This document shows, one piece after another, positions 13,959-26,494 of a stretch of 64,000 bases of DNA. The stretch is taken from the NCBI GenBank assembly GCA_020137815.1, contig CM035357.1, forward strand, positions 7,750,001-7,814,000. Reading direction: 5' to 3'. The position numbers and the translations under genes are program-made. This DNA is from Hormiphora californensis. Taxonomy: Eukaryota; Animalia; Ctenophora. The notes beneath the pieces are model-generated. The model was given only the letters and a program-made list of their open reading frames with translations. It was not told where the DNA came from and made no database searches. The stretch's first letter is position 1. The number at the start of each line of letters is the position of its first letter.

Positions 13959-15035
13959 AATAACTTGACGAATAAACTTATTACGGGAAAATTAATGATA
14001 ACATTTACCAGTCTCTCCATCTTCCCCTTTGCTCGAGCCTCTGAAACCCAGTCCATGATACAATGATTGTTTAAGGTTGGATTGTTCATTCACTGATTGA
14101 TTGCCACGAATATGGTCAACAACTAAGAGCTCTAAGATGCAGGCCACAGTAAAACTATAGTTTGTAACTTTGTGGTACATTGTGCTGTTATCGTGAGACA
14201 GTAGTTTGCTAAACAGGCACTAAGCTGTGTTTTTGTTTGCACTGCTTGGCATACACCATTGTACACACACACACACACACAGTGTGTTACACTCGACATA
14301 GTGTGTGATAACAGCCCTAACAGTGTGTACACTGTACACACAGCCGTTAGAGGATATATCAACCCTTGCATGTCCCCTAGGGTGTGCTAAGTGAAAATTT
14401 TGTCGACTTGGCCAATAGTTTAAGGGTAGATATGAAACTATGGACAATTGTCTACTAAATCCTGAAAACGGAATTGGGGTAGTGTATGTCAATTACGTGG
14501 GCCAGGCGATTAAAAAATTTTACTTTTTTACCGAAAAAAGGAAAATATCTGTATTTTAAACCAGTGTTTGGCATGTTCTTGATATCAAATTTTTATAGAA
14601 AGGGTCGTGTTCAGTGGTTTGATACCGATCAGAATGGATGTGTATCATGAAAGTTAGCCAAAGTTCATTTTTGACCTGAAAATGTTCATTTTGGACCAAA
14701 AATGTTCATTTTTGACTAAAAATGTTCATTTTGGTCATTTTCTTCAATTTTGAGAGCTTTTTCATGAACGGGATCCTGTTCAGCAGGTCAAAATTAGTCG
14801 GTTTCAACCGGAATTTGCATTCCGACAAATAAAATCTCAAAAAGTTAAAATTCGTCTCCACTAATACTGCAAAGTAGGAAAATGTGCAAGAAAAAAAGAC
14901 GAAAAAAAAAAAATTTTTCATTATAAAATGGAGTTCTGAAGGTGCAGACTGGAAATAATGGTTGTACTGAGTCTCATGAGGCAATTCATATGTGTGGTTT
15001 TTTCGAAATAACGCCCCAAAAAACATTTTTTGATA

Positions 15036-15067
15036 TTTCAACACTACTTTAAACAAATTAATTTGAG
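15036..15067 (+). other. Spliced-leader exon relic (32 nt) heading a ~440 bp insert with an 82-aa ORF (15208-15456)
   Basis: TTTCAACACTACTTTAAACAAATTAATTTGAG is identical to the 3' part of 28474-28516 and is not followed by a GT donor. Confidence 0.8.
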
Positions 15068-15489
15068 TTTGCCGTCAATCGATCCGATAACTGTGTTAGC
15101 ATCTATTCTCTAATCTTTTAGATCTCTGTTAGGCCTACTTTAACTTAACTTACGAGTGATATCAGTGAAGAGTTTGTTGTTGGCCGGCGTGCAACGGGTG
15201 TTTTAGGATGACCGTTACGAGTAATTATGACATATGTATCACTAAGAGTGATTTTGAAGACGTGTTAGCAGGAGAAGTATTTAGTAATGATTATAAGGGT
15301 AGTGATTTGTTAGTGTGTCTAGAGAGAGGTGACGCTGTTTGTCCGTCGTCTGTCCATAAACCTCAGTTGTGGCACCTTCTCAAAGCCTGCTACAAAATGC
15401 TTCCGGCGACGGCACCGTTCGTCCTGAGCCAGCTATCGAGACGGCAGTATTGGTAACTTGGAACTGATTACAAAATTAATATACATATT

Positions 15490-18400
15490 TGTTGGTCTCT
15501 CTCTTAAACAGTAAAAATATATTTGAATGGATACTATATTAAAATAAGGGGAGGCTTTTGATGTGATCTGTGTCAATTGCCTTAATCTTAATATGGGTGA
15601 CTGTTACGGGTGTCACATTGTTCAAAAGATTAGAGAAGATATAGGGGTAAGATGGCCATGATGGGCAGTGAAACCTTATCTATTTATAGCAAATTGGGGA
15701 TATCATTACGACAGATATACGGGAAGTTTATTATCTCCCATTCATTTATTTCTTTGTCTAGTACTGGAAGAGATTGGATATTAAGAGTAGTTTAGTTATT
15801 TCTTTTTTGAAAGGATCATAGAATTTATCACACAGGTTTTTGTGTGCTATACTTTTGTTTAAATATTGTTTCTTAGAGGCGAGTTGTGATATATATTGTA
15901 TAGTTTAGGACCTATGTGCGATATCTGATAGTTGGAGCGAGAGAGCCTAAAAAAGCGATTTTCAAATATCTTAGTGGTGTCATTCGTGTGACATGTGCTG
16001 CGGAGCCAGGTACTCGCTGTTGGAAAGATTACTTATGTTCGGAGGCGACACCTAGTCTGACTTTTGAAGAATACCTAGTATAGTTAGCGATTAGATTTGG
16101 GAGCTAATAGGTTTGACCCTCAAACAGTGGTTTTGTATGTGAAGGGGCTTTGCCATTAATTGGATTGTAGAAAAAATTTACATGGGCAGAGCTGATAGCT
16201 CGTATTGCCTTTTTTTGAGCGGAAAACAAAGTCGATAATCGACTTTTAGGAACCGTTCCCCACACAGAAGAGCAGTACAAGAGATGGGATTCAATAAAAC
16301 AAGTAATATTTCTGAGAGCTTTTGTAGGAATTATTTCGCGTAGTTTGAAAAGAATCCCTGCGTTACGGGATACTTTGGATGCTAGGGCTGTTATATGGTA
16401 ATTCCAGTTTAGCTTTTCATCCATGATGACCCCTAAGAACTTAGCATTTGTTGACTTATTTATAGGTGTACCGTTTAAAGATATAGATAGAGGTGTGTTC
16501 TTTTGACTGTTATTATTTGTAAAGTAAAGGAGATTAGTCTTACCTACGTTAAGTTTCAGGCCATTTCTAGATACCCATTCGTAGATTTCCCTAAGTACAA
16601 GGTTGCACCTATATTCTAGCTCAGATGGGTTTTTGGCTTCTATCATCAAGTTTGAGTCATCGGCGAAAATAAAGAACTTGGCTAGATTAGTGGCTAATGG
16701 GAGATCATTTATGTATAAGATAAACAGAGTTGGTCCAAGAATCGAACCTTGCGGTACACCGTGGTCGAGTTTCTGGGTTTGAGAGTTATGGTTGTCTACG
16801 TGTACAAACTGTTGCCTGTTACTTAGATAAGAGTTGAACCAGTCTAAATTGGAGCCACGCACTCCGTAATGTTCTAGCTTATTAAGAAGTATTTTATGGT
16901 CTACCATGTCAAAAGCTTTGCTAAAATCTAATAGTAATAGAGCAGCCACTTGCTTTCGCTCCAGCGCATTAATCAAATTATGTTGAGCATCTAAAAGGGC
17001 GTGTTCACAAGAGTGACCACTACGAAACCCGTATTGTGAGGAAAATAATATATTATTGGCTTTCAAATGTTCGACAAGTCGCGATTGCATGGCTTTTTCG
17101 TAAAGCTTGCTGAAGATTGGCAGTAAAGATATGGGCCTGTAGTTCTTAACATCTATTTTGGAACCTCCTTTGTGCAGAGGTATGACTTTTGCAATCTTTA
17201 GTTTTCCCGGGACGATCCCTTGGGCTAATGAACCAGAGATTGCAAAAGCCAACAAACTAGATAATACTGGCCCCGCAGCTTTAAGTGGTTTCACACTTGT
17301 ATCCGAGGTGGCCTTATCCTTTAGTGATTTTATGAGGCAATCAATTTCACCAGCTGTAACCAAGTTGGGAGCCATGTCTGAGTGACATCTAGTAGAGCTA
17401 GGTAGTCTGGTACGATCTAAGTTGGTAGGAATGTCTTTCTTTAGATTACTGGCAATACTAGTAAAGTAGCTGTTGAACGCTTCAGCGACATCTTGCTTTT
17501 TATTGACAGTATTTCCGTTGTATTCTAGTTTTCCTATAGTTGTCTTGTTTTTGGGTTTCCTGTTCAGGAGACTATTGATCATGGACCATTGTTTTTTACT
17601 ATCTGTTATATGACGCTCAAAGAAGGAAGTATAGTATTTCCTTTTTGCAATCTTAGTATGTTTTTCTACAAATTTCTTAAGTTTATGGTATTTAACCTTA
17701 TTTTCTACAGTGGGGTTTTTGATAAACTTCCGGTACAGCCGGTTTTTACGGGCACAAGCACACTGAAGCCATTCAAGAAGCCAAGGACTTGGGTTTCCCC
17801 GCCTCTTTTTCTTGGTGTGCTTTACTAGCGGGAAGTTTTTGTCAAAAATTTCCCTATATTTGTTTGATATGGCATTGAAAACGTCATTAGCATCAGATAT
17901 TTCATATACAAAATCCCAGCTGGTGTTCTCAATTTCGTCACGAAAGTTTTCTAATGTGATTTTGTTAACTATTCTAGTGGGTGGATACTGACTATTACTA
18001 CTACAGTAGCCACTACTATACATGAATCTAACATTATATGTCGCGAGATGGTCGGACAAGTCAAAGTCTGATATAATTCCGGTCTTAGTGATGGATGCGC
18101 AGTTATTTGTAAAAATATGGTCAATCAGAGTGGCAGAGTGGTCTGTGAATGCGAGTAGGGCGTGAGATAAGTGGAGCAAAGCCTGCTGCTGTCAATTTGT
18201 CTATGAATCTTGTACAGTTATCAGATTTTCCGTAATTTAGCAGATCAATATTACTATCCCCCATCAGAAAAATCATTTTGTTCCTGTCTCTATTTAGTTT
18301 ATCTAAAATCAAATCGAGCTTATCCGAGAACTTGTGATATTCCGAATTAGGCGATCGATAATAGTTGCAAATTACTATATTCCTAACTTTTTGCTGCGCT

Positions 18401-19700
18401 ATCTCAACGGAGAGGAACTCACCGTCTAGCGGACTAGTGTTATCGCTTAAATCATGTCTAACTACCATGCTCTGACTACTGGCAAAACTCTGGTTAATAT
18501 AAATAGCAAGCCCACCACCTCTATTAGAATTTCGGGCAGGTTCTTGTAAAATAGGTTCATTGAAGCCTTCAAGAGTTAGTTCTTTACCCGCAAAAGGGAG
18601 GTTGGCTGGGTTGCAGTTAGTTTCATTAAAGCACAAAATATCAAATCTAGTGTAGAATTCAAGGTTATCCCTAATACGCTCTATGTTTTTTGGTAATGAT
18701 CTTATATTTGCAGACAGAATTTGTGTCTGCTTGTCTAATTTCACTTTTAGACGGCTAGATGGGGTATATTTACAGGTCTCGAGTAGATGTGCTGGACCCT
18801 TCCAAGCATCTTTATCAGACAAATCTTTTGAGTATTCAGCAACATAGGTAGCCGAGTGATGGTTAGAGTACGGGTTAAAAGTATTTTCTAAGTTAGTGGT
18901 AATCGTACTGTTACCAGGATCATCTATATTTCCAGGAAAGATACTATTACAACATTTTTTGCATCCTAGAGAGTTGAGAGAGCAATTAATGTGTGCCAAT
19001 TTATCACACAGCCAACACAACTGCATTTTGTTTCTATTTCCTAGTTTCGAGCAAACAGTACATGGTGAAAGTTTAATATTCTGCTGGGTGAGATTATCTA
19101 GCTGAGTTGTTAGTTTTGGTGTGTTGACGAAAGGGAGGACACCAGCTGTACACTCTATACACGTCCAGTGCCTAGCTAGATCTAAACTATTTAAAGTTAG
19201 AACATCGTTTGGTGACAGCTGGGCAAATCTCGCATGCATAGTTTCTTCATACATTCAGAGCAAGTAATAGAAGCTTTCTGGGGTTTAATTTTTTTGTGCA
19301 ACCATGACAACGATCATGGTCACTTTTGTTTTTAAATAGTTTAGGTTAATTGTAGATTTGAAAGATAGCTAGAAAGTTCTATTGCTTCAGCCTGCCTGTG
19401 AGTCTGGTAAGGAATTTTGTACAGTTATAAACAGACCAAGCGGCAACAGATCAGTCAAGTTTGTTAGTTATCGAGCAGAGCGTATAATTCCGGTAAAAAC
19501 AGAAAAATGTGTGGTTTTACCGGAGAGAGAGAGAAGAAGAGAAGGCGGTAGAAATAAGCGGAGATAAGAGCACGCAAGGGCAGCAGGCGACCAAGACGGG
19601 GGGAGGGTAGAGGACAAGACAAAGGGAAGGTAAGAGGAAGGAAGATGTTTATAGAATTTTTACAGCTAGGTGGAAAATTGATATGAGGTAGTTGCGATTT
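15490..19700 (-). mobile_element. Decayed CR1/L2-group LINE (PHD fingers + APE endonuclease + RT) with frameshifts
   Basis: ORF 18121-19254: Cys/His PHD-like motifs, NIRSL, NET, GGGLAIY, YRSP, GDSNID. ORF 16104-18179: LIDHIF, SDH, NYRPISLL, DFSKAFD, PQGSILGP, FADD. Frameshifts near 19250, 18150 and 16110. Ends approximate. Confidence 0.9.
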
Positions 19701-20681
19701 TTGTGTAAGTGGTGTATTATATATATATTATCCCAGACAAGCTCTGAACTCTTGCCTCAGGGGCCACACTCTCTTTCTAACACGTGTAAGCTGACCCAAC
19801 ATGTGATCCTTAAACAAATTACCTAGTAGTCTCTTAGCATAGCTAGTGATGTGAACCCCATTGCCTCTGGGATCCAGTACATGAAGCCCCGGGTGGTTAC
19901 TAATTTGTGAGAGAGAGAGAAACTAGAGATCCTCTCTTGTTATCAATTTGACACCTCAAAGAGAGAGAGATAGAGGGAGAGAGAGAGAGAAACTAGAGTG
20001 TGAGTGAAAGAAACCATTGAGTAGGCACTCTTGTACTATGACCTCCCACGCCCCGGACGTGCCCCCCCCCCCCCATACATAACACAGTTACCACCCCGTC
20101 CGCCTTTATACAACAATATGAAATTAAAACAACTCAATTTATTACCAAAAAAGTTACCAAACAAATGTTAACCAATTACCAGGAAGATGGATAAAGTTTT
20201 CAACAACACACACACCCCACTCTCGTCTCTCACTCTCTCCTTTCCCTCCCTTGAGCTACGGGAAATTAATCGAAACATTTATCGAAACTAGTTTAGAATA
20301 TTTCAAGATGTAACACTGTCAAACACATTCGCACACATCTCTCCACAGATCAAGATATAGGAAACTAACAATATGGGAATATGTCATCTCGATCCGATAT
20401 ACCGGGCAAAACCCTTTCCCCAAAACAGTGTTTGCGTTGTTCATTTTGAATGGTTTTTGCTCGAGCTTTCTTCGATCGAATTTGCTGATCGAATTTGCTG
20501 ATAAATGCTGCAGTGAAGATTTAGTACAGCAATATTTTCGTCCGGCAGCATCACAATGGGGCGTGGGCTGTTTGTTTCATCTTTCCGTATTGTACTTCTC
20601 AGCTCAGAAAATGCCTGTAACCAAGATACTGTTAGGGGAGTTAAGGGCAATTGGATTGGGGAAGATAATATAACAACAGGG

Positions 20682-20892
20682 GCTAGAAACAGGAAGGGTG
20701 ATAGGGTGTCAGGGGTTAGAAACAGGGAGGGTGGTGGGGTGGCAGGGGTTAGAAACAGGGAGGGTGGTGGGGTGTCAGGGGTTAGAAACAGGGAGGGTGG
20801 TGGGGTGGCAGGGGTTAGAAACAGGGAGGGTGGTGGGGTGTCAGGGGTTAGAGACAGGGAGGGTGGTGGGGTGTCAGGGGTTAGAAATAGGG
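20682..20892. repeat. 33-bp minisatellite (GGGGTTAGAAACAGGGAGGGTGGTGGGGTGTCA)n, ~6 copies
   Basis: Directly visible tandem units. Confidence 0.9.
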
Positions 20893-21300
20893 TAGGGTGG
20901 GCGGAATAACCTGTTAAATCAGTTGATATACAAATTAGTATGGACAATTGAAACTCGGATCCGCGGAATTATTGCAGTCTCAGTAGTCGGTTGTCAATAC
21001 TCAATAGTTGTGTGATCAGATAACTGTTGTCTGTTGAATATTTATTAGTCTCAATTCTCATATTACAATGTCGATTGTCGATTCAGCACGAGAGAGCTCA
21101 ACACTTTTGTAGCACACATTATGTAATATATTGTTAGTAACAAACACAGGCCGGGAGGTAAATTCAGAAAAACTAAATAACTGAAAACTTACATCATGCT
21201 TCATTGAGATGGACGCAGGCCATTCTTTGGGATAGAGTTTTCTTTGGGTCAGCCCATACCAACTTTATCAGTCTTGAATCTATCAAAAGAGAGATATGGT

Positions 21301-21482
<182 letters not shown>

Positions 21483-21822
21483 CATTAAATTACGCCCATG
21501 GAACAAGGCGTCACACTAACCTGAATAAGTATACAATCGAGAATCAAGAGGTTCTCCAGATCCAGATCTAGGCCATCTTCTCTCAGAAAGGAAAGTTACA
21601 CTTCAAGTACACCACAGAGTGGGCCATAGTAGTAAATTTGGTGCCAAGGCGGGTAGAGTACTGAGTATTTGATAAGAGTCAACATCGATAACTCCATAAT
21701 AACTGTGCCTGAGAGAGTTTACAAGTTTACAAGTTTACAATAAAAGTTTTAGTGTACACAACAGGCCTTCCCTTAGTGGGTCCACCTAAATAAATTAAAC
21801 ACGTATCACCTCTCAGCCACTC

Positions 21823-24798
21823 TCAGACATTTACAGCACATTGAGGGGAAATATCATTGGGAAGTGATGGATAGCCTCTGACAGGGGGACGGTCATAAAA
21901 ACCTGTCAAGTAATTGCCCAGGGATGATTTGAATTGACCTAAGCTTCCGCAAGAGTTAACGGCCGCTGGCAACCTGTTCCACAGGTGAGCAGCTCTCGGT
22001 CCGAAGGAAGAATGGTACTGATTCGCTCTCCAGGTCTCAGCCCGATAAGGAAACACTGGTGGGACTAACCTCATACCCAGCCTTGCACTGTGTTGGAACA
22101 CAAGATTTGCAGAATTCGGAACAAACCCATGGATCGTCTTCCACACATGTATCAACATGTAACGTTGTCTCCTACGTTGAAGAGACATCAGGTTGAGAAC
22201 TTTTAATCTCTCCCAATAGTCGAGATTCTGCATTCCATCAAGTCTTCTAGTAAAACACCGTTGGACGTTCTCAATTGACTTGATGTCCCCAGACTTTGAC
22301 GGATCCCAGACCAGACAACAATACTCCAAAATTGGTCTGACCAGTGATTTGAAGAGTTGCAACATTACCTCTGGTGAACGATCTCGAAAAACACTGAAAA
22401 TCCACCCAGATAGGAGAGAGGCTCTCCTCACAATGGTGGCAATGTGCTTAGACCAAGAACCATCCGAGGACATCTGGACACCCAAGTCACGGACATCAGC
22501 TTCAGGAAACAGTTGTACTCCAGATTTTGTGGTATACGAACATATGTCAACTGAAAAAGGGAATTCCTTGTAGATTGCCGACTTGTTCAGCCTGTAACTC
22601 AGGAGTTGAAATTTCTGATCATGTAGCACCATATTGTTTATCTCGGCCCATTCTGTAACCTTCAAAAGATCAGATTGTAAACCCTCCTGATCAACAATAT
22701 CTGTTATGGCTTTTATTAACTTGGTATCATCCGCAAAGGTGAGACACATACTACCATCCAGTACAGATTCCAGGTCCAGTATATAAATAAGGAAGAGGAG
22801 AGGGCCCAGGACACTACCCTGCGCCACCCCGCTGAGCACCTCCACCCATGGTGACCTAACCCCATCCACCATCACACACTGCTGCCTGCCCAGGATCCAC
22901 GCACTGATCCACTGATGAAGTTTTCCTCCAATCCCGTACCTTTTCAACTTAGCGAGCAACACATTGATATCCACCGAATCAAAAGCTTTAGAAAAGTCTA
23001 AATAGAGAACATCAACTTCTCTATCTCCACAGAGTTCAGTTAGGATGTAGTCAACATGAGATAACAGTTGGGACATAGTACTACGTCCCTTTCGAAAACC
23101 GTGTTGCGTTTCACTCTGTAACTGCATCTCATCCAAATAATCAGCTATTCTCTTTCTGACTAGCCGCTCAAACACCTTCGATAGGTGACTTGTGATCGAC
23201 ACAGGGCGATAATTTGCCGTCGTAGACTTCGACCCTTTCTTAAAGATCGGTGTTATGAACTGCTGCTTTAAACAATTTGGAACAGCCCCATCTTCAAATG
23301 ACTTGTTCCATAACATCCATATAGGATAAGACAAGCTGCTGTTACATCGTTTCAGAATGCACGAAGGAATGCAGCCCGGAGGTGAGGCCGAAAAGGGGTT
23401 AAGCTCCTCTAGTGCACTCTGGATACAATTCTGTGAAAAATCCATGGTCGTCAGGATCTCACCAAGGTCCTCAATGTTACCTGCTGCCACAGAGGGATCA
23501 ATAGCCGCCGGATTGCTGAAGACGCTAGCAAACTGGTGTTGTAGTAGGTTAGCCTTCTCCAGGGGGTCCACAGTTAAGGAACCATCCGCACGCTCAAGGG
23601 GGGCAACTGATGATTTAACCTTGGAGTTCTTTTTAACGTGAGTATAAAAGTACTTGGGGTTTACCTTGATAGCACCCACAGCCTTCCTCTCCACTTTCTT
23701 GTCCCTTGATATCAGATGGGATTTGATTTTCCCAATTAAACAATCCATCACCGATTTCCACTTTACTGAATCGTTCTTACGTTTATCAAGTTTACGCCTC
23801 CTGCTAGTCAAATGCCTGAGCTCCTTGTCTACAAAGTCCTTTCGCATTTTCTTCACTCGGCAATGTGACTTAACCACCTTGAACACTCTATCTCGAACAG
23901 CTTCCACAAACAATGAGCCATCCTCATCACCCAGATCCTCACACTCAACAAGCAGTTTGTCCCAATCAGTAGCTGCAAGGTCAGCATCAATACTCACAAA
24001 GTCCGCTGAATGGAGATCCAGTTGCCGATAACCTTCCAGTTTGCCAGGCAGAAATAGACTTACTGGACCGAGAGGGTTGAAGGTGAGGTGACATGATACC
24101 CACAGATGATCTGATACACCCTCATCTGTAATGGAAATATCGCTGAAGTAGTCCGGTCTGTTGGTGAACACGAGATCTAACGTATTGTTGCCCCTGGTAG
24201 GGCCCTCTACAACCTGGGATAGAAAATTAGTGTCCATAAAGTCCGATACAACATTGTAGTTAGGCTGATCAACTGGGACTGATGACCCGTCAACCCAATT
24301 AAAGAGTGGGAGATTAAAATCACCCGATAATACCACTTCTGGTAACCCGCTCTCACTGTACTTATCGATGAATGTCTGTAAGGTGTTCATTAGTCTCTGA
24401 AAGTCCAAAACACTCGACTCTGAACGATAAACAGCAGCAAATATGGTGTTAATCTGGCCAACATAGACAGCTTTCATATTGTTAAACGCACTAGCAAAAC
24501 ATGTACTATCAGAAACAGCCAGCGACGAGTGAACATACAGAGCACAGCCTCCACCGACTCTACTCACTCTGTCACTCCTAAAAACATTATATCCCGGTAT
24601 CTCAACCTGGGCATCTGAGTGATACCCTTTAAACCAGGTTTCAGTAACTGCAATGGCTACTGTAGGAGTTTTCTCATTTCTTATATAATCTCTAATAAGA
24701 CCGAGTTTCCAGCACGTATCACCTGCCGGACTTAGACTCCTTGCATTAAGCAGTAATATGTTACTCGTAGTAGAAACAGTCCCTAACGATCTCTCCAT
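21823..24798 (-). CDS. LINE ORF2p (APE endonuclease + reverse transcriptase), 991 aa, uninterrupted
   Basis: LNARSL, TETW, GDFN, PTR..NTLDL, SDH; NYRPVS, YLDFSKAFD, QGSVLGPLLF, FADD. Confidence 0.95.
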   Translation of the reverse strand: MERSLGTVSTTSNILLLNARSLSPAGDTCWKLGLIRDYIRNEKTPTVAIAVTETWFKGYHSDAQVEIPGYNVFRSDRVSRVGGGCALYVHSSLAVSDSTCFASAFNNMKAVYVGQINTIFAAVYRSESSVLDFQRLMNTLQTFIDKYSESGLPEVVLSGDFNLPLFNWVDGSSVPVDQPNYNVVSDFMDTNFLSQVVEGPTRGNNTLDLVFTNRPDYFSDISITDEGVSDHLWVSCHLTFNPLGPVSLFLPGKLEGYRQLDLHSADFVSIDADLAATDWDKLLVECEDLGDEDGSLFVEAVRDRVFKVVKSHCRVKKMRKDFVDKELRHLTSRRRKLDKRKNDSVKWKSVMDCLIGKIKSHLISRDKKVERKAVGAIKVNPKYFYTHVKKNSKVKSSVAPLERADGSLTVDPLEKANLLQHQFASVFSNPAAIDPSVAAGNIEDLGEILTTMDFSQNCIQSALEELNPFSASPPGCIPSCILKRCNSSLSYPIWMLWNKSFEDGAVPNCLKQQFITPIFKKGSKSTTANYRPVSITSHLSKVFERLVRKRIADYLDEMQLQSETQHGFRKGRSTMSQLLSHVDYILTELCGDREVDVLYLDFSKAFDSVDINVLLAKLKRYGIGGKLHQWISAWILGRQQCVMVDGVRSPWVEVLSGVAQGSVLGPLLFLIYILDLESVLDGSMCLTFADDTKLIKAITDIVDQEGLQSDLLKVTEWAEINNMVLHDQKFQLLSYRLNKSAIYKEFPFSVDICSYTTKSGVQLFPEADVRDLGVQMSSDGSWSKHIATIVRRASLLSGWIFSVFRDRSPEVMLQLFKSLVRPILEYCCLVWDPSKSGDIKSIENVQRCFTRRLDGMQNLDYWERLKVLNLMSLQRRRQRYMLIHVWKTIHGFVPNSANLVFQHSARLGMRLVPPVFPYRAETWRANQYHSSFGPRAAHLWNRLPAAVNSCGSLGQFKSSLGNYLTGFYDRPPVRGYPSLPNDISPQCAVNV

Positions 24799-26000
24799 TG
24801 ACTTAGAGTCGGGCGTATCGTCTCTATACTCTCGAACCTCTTGTCTAGCATCTGTTTCATTCTCACTTCCATTCTCCCGAACAGTCTCTCTAAAAAAGAA
24901 TCCTCATCAAATCGGGGTGGTTCACGGGTGTCATTGGAGCTACCACTCGGATTTTGGGATCGTGGTATCTCCGTATCCCTAGCATAGTTCGTCTCAGCCC
25001 TTCCGACACCAAAAGACAGGGTTCCGTTCCGATTGAGATTGAGAGTCTCGTCCACTGCAACTCGTCGGGTGTTCTTGAGATGCTGAAAACGACAGTCCTT
25101 CTTGAGGCATTCGTGCCTGAACTGGGAAGAGCGGCAGATAGGTGGATGGTAGTATCGACACTCTTTCCCCAGCTGACAGCCGTATTTCTTCATGGACCCA
25201 TGGGCGCAGTATCTCCGGCACATTGGGGGATGTGACTTCTGGCATGAAACTCCGTCGATCTTCTTCGTTCCGTAGCGGCCGTACTTGCACCGATTTTGTA
25301 GGTAGTGTTGGCACACCGGGATCGGCTTATCATCGTCTTTCTTCTTGCCCTCGTCAGCCTCCTCCACACTGTTGAATTTCTGACCGGGTGGCTTCTGCTG
25401 GTGTTCTGGTTTGGTGTCTCCAACCTCTGACATGAAGCTAAACCTCCTCCTTAGGGCGTCATCCGAAGCCTCACTTGCTGCACTCTTGGGAGGGCTTGCA
25501 AACTCCCCACTGGAACCCACAAACTTTTCCAGTGTGTGTTTCTTGCAACACATGTGACAAATCCACTTGAAACCTGGAATAGAGCACAGCGGTTGCTCCT
25601 GGATTAGGGTGCAATTATGGCTCCCTGCCCCACAACTTCCACAATTGAACCTGGATTTCTCACACCTTTTGATCACATAGTCTTTCTCGCATGCCTCACA
25701 AAATTGCGGAAATAGACTTTCAATAGCCATTATCAACCAGTCGATGAGACTGGCTTTGTCCCGGTACCGTTTTTCCTTTCCGTCATCAGTACGGGGTTTC
25801 CCCCCAAAGAAAAGCGCAGCCTCCTCCAAAACAATGTCCGTAAAACGATCAAGTGCCTTGAGATTGGTCTGGTACCTTTTAGCTGTAGGACTGTAGGCCT
25901 TCACGATCCGTTTCACCTCGTCACTACAGTCGGGGTCATCACATAGCTCCGACAGCACTGCTTTCTGTTTCGCTAGTATCTCGTTTGACATATCCGGCAT
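24783..26000 (-). CDS. LINE ORF1p with a PHD-like finger and three CCCH zinc fingers
   Basis: CEAC..CGSC...H.C...WICHMC, then CQHYLQNRCKYG..CQKSH, CRRY..CQLGKECRYYH and CRSS..C..KDCRFQH. Overlaps the ORF2 start by 16 nt. Confidence 0.8.
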   Translation of the reverse strand: MPDMSNEILAKQKAVLSELCDDPDCSDEVKRIVKAYSPTAKRYQTNLKALDRFTDIVLEEAALFFGGKPRTDDGKEKRYRDKASLIDWLIMAIESLFPQFCEACEKDYVIKRCEKSRFNCGSCGAGSHNCTLIQEQPLCSIPGFKWICHMCCKKHTLEKFVGSSGEFASPPKSAASEASDDALRRRFSFMSEVGDTKPEHQQKPPGQKFNSVEEADEGKKKDDDKPIPVCQHYLQNRCKYGRYGTKKIDGVSCQKSHPPMCRRYCAHGSMKKYGCQLGKECRYYHPPICRSSQFRHECLKKDCRFQHLKNTRRVAVDETLNLNRNGTLSFGVGRAETNYARDTEIPRSQNPSGSSNDTREPPRFDEDSFLERLFGRMEVRMKQMLDKRFESIETIRPTLSQWRDR

Positions 26001-26037
26001 CGTCTTCCGGGGTGGTCAGGCAGACATTTGGCTGAAA

Positions 26038-26067
26038 CTCAAATTAATTTGTTTAAAGTAGTGTTGA
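26038..26067 (-). other. Spliced-leader exon relic (30 nt) at the LINE 5' end
   Basis: Reverse complement is TCAACACTACTTTAAACAAATTAATTTGAG, followed by TTTCAGCCAAATG, ~40 nt before the ORF1 ATG. Confidence 0.85.
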
Positions 26068-26494
26068 GGGAGGGCTAATATATAGAGGGGGAATATATAG
26101 AGGGGGAACTCAGTGGGAGGGGTGATTTAAATACATTATCATGTTATAGATATTATAGTGGCCTGGTTTGAACACTTCAATTGGTGTCATGACATGGAAA
26201 GGGTCGAGGGAATGTCAGCACTTTACTTACCGTCCTTGGTGATAAATGGGCAACCCATCCTGGCAGTGATAATCCATTTTTTTCATTTTTCACGCACCAT
26301 TGTTCTCTATAGATGCTATAATATTGAAGTCTTCGTTAAAGATTATTGATTTAGGACAAAAATAAATTGAATAGGCACACAGTAAAGCAGATATCTCATC
26401 TACAATGACTAGGGGAGAGGGGGTGTACAGAAGTATACCAAAAGTATACCATGGGATATACCAAAGTATACCATGGGATCCCCCCCCCCCCCCC

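Larger units (their letters stand above)
12094..14377 (+). repeat. Local duplicate of 29950-31767 (decayed CRE C-terminus + TA-flanked MITE + OTUD5 upstream region)
   Basis: Colinear matches: 12094-12230~29950-30085, 13056-13445~30088-30157/31024-31357, 13960-14377~31359-31767. The relic translates as RVLEVEQA.F.PLVFSVTGAMG / EAEKFYRHL. Confidence 0.85.
21717..26067 (-). mobile_element. Full-length, apparently intact CR1/L2-group LINE headed by a spliced-leader exon
   Basis: Order on the - strand: SL relic 26038-26067, ORF1 24783-26000, ORF2 21823-24798, (TTGTAAAC)3 tail at 21717-21740. Confidence 0.93.

Noticed and set aside
19810-19821. TAAACAAATTA partial SL match
   Set aside because: Only 11 AT-rich nucleotides and lacks the TTTGAG end; chance level.
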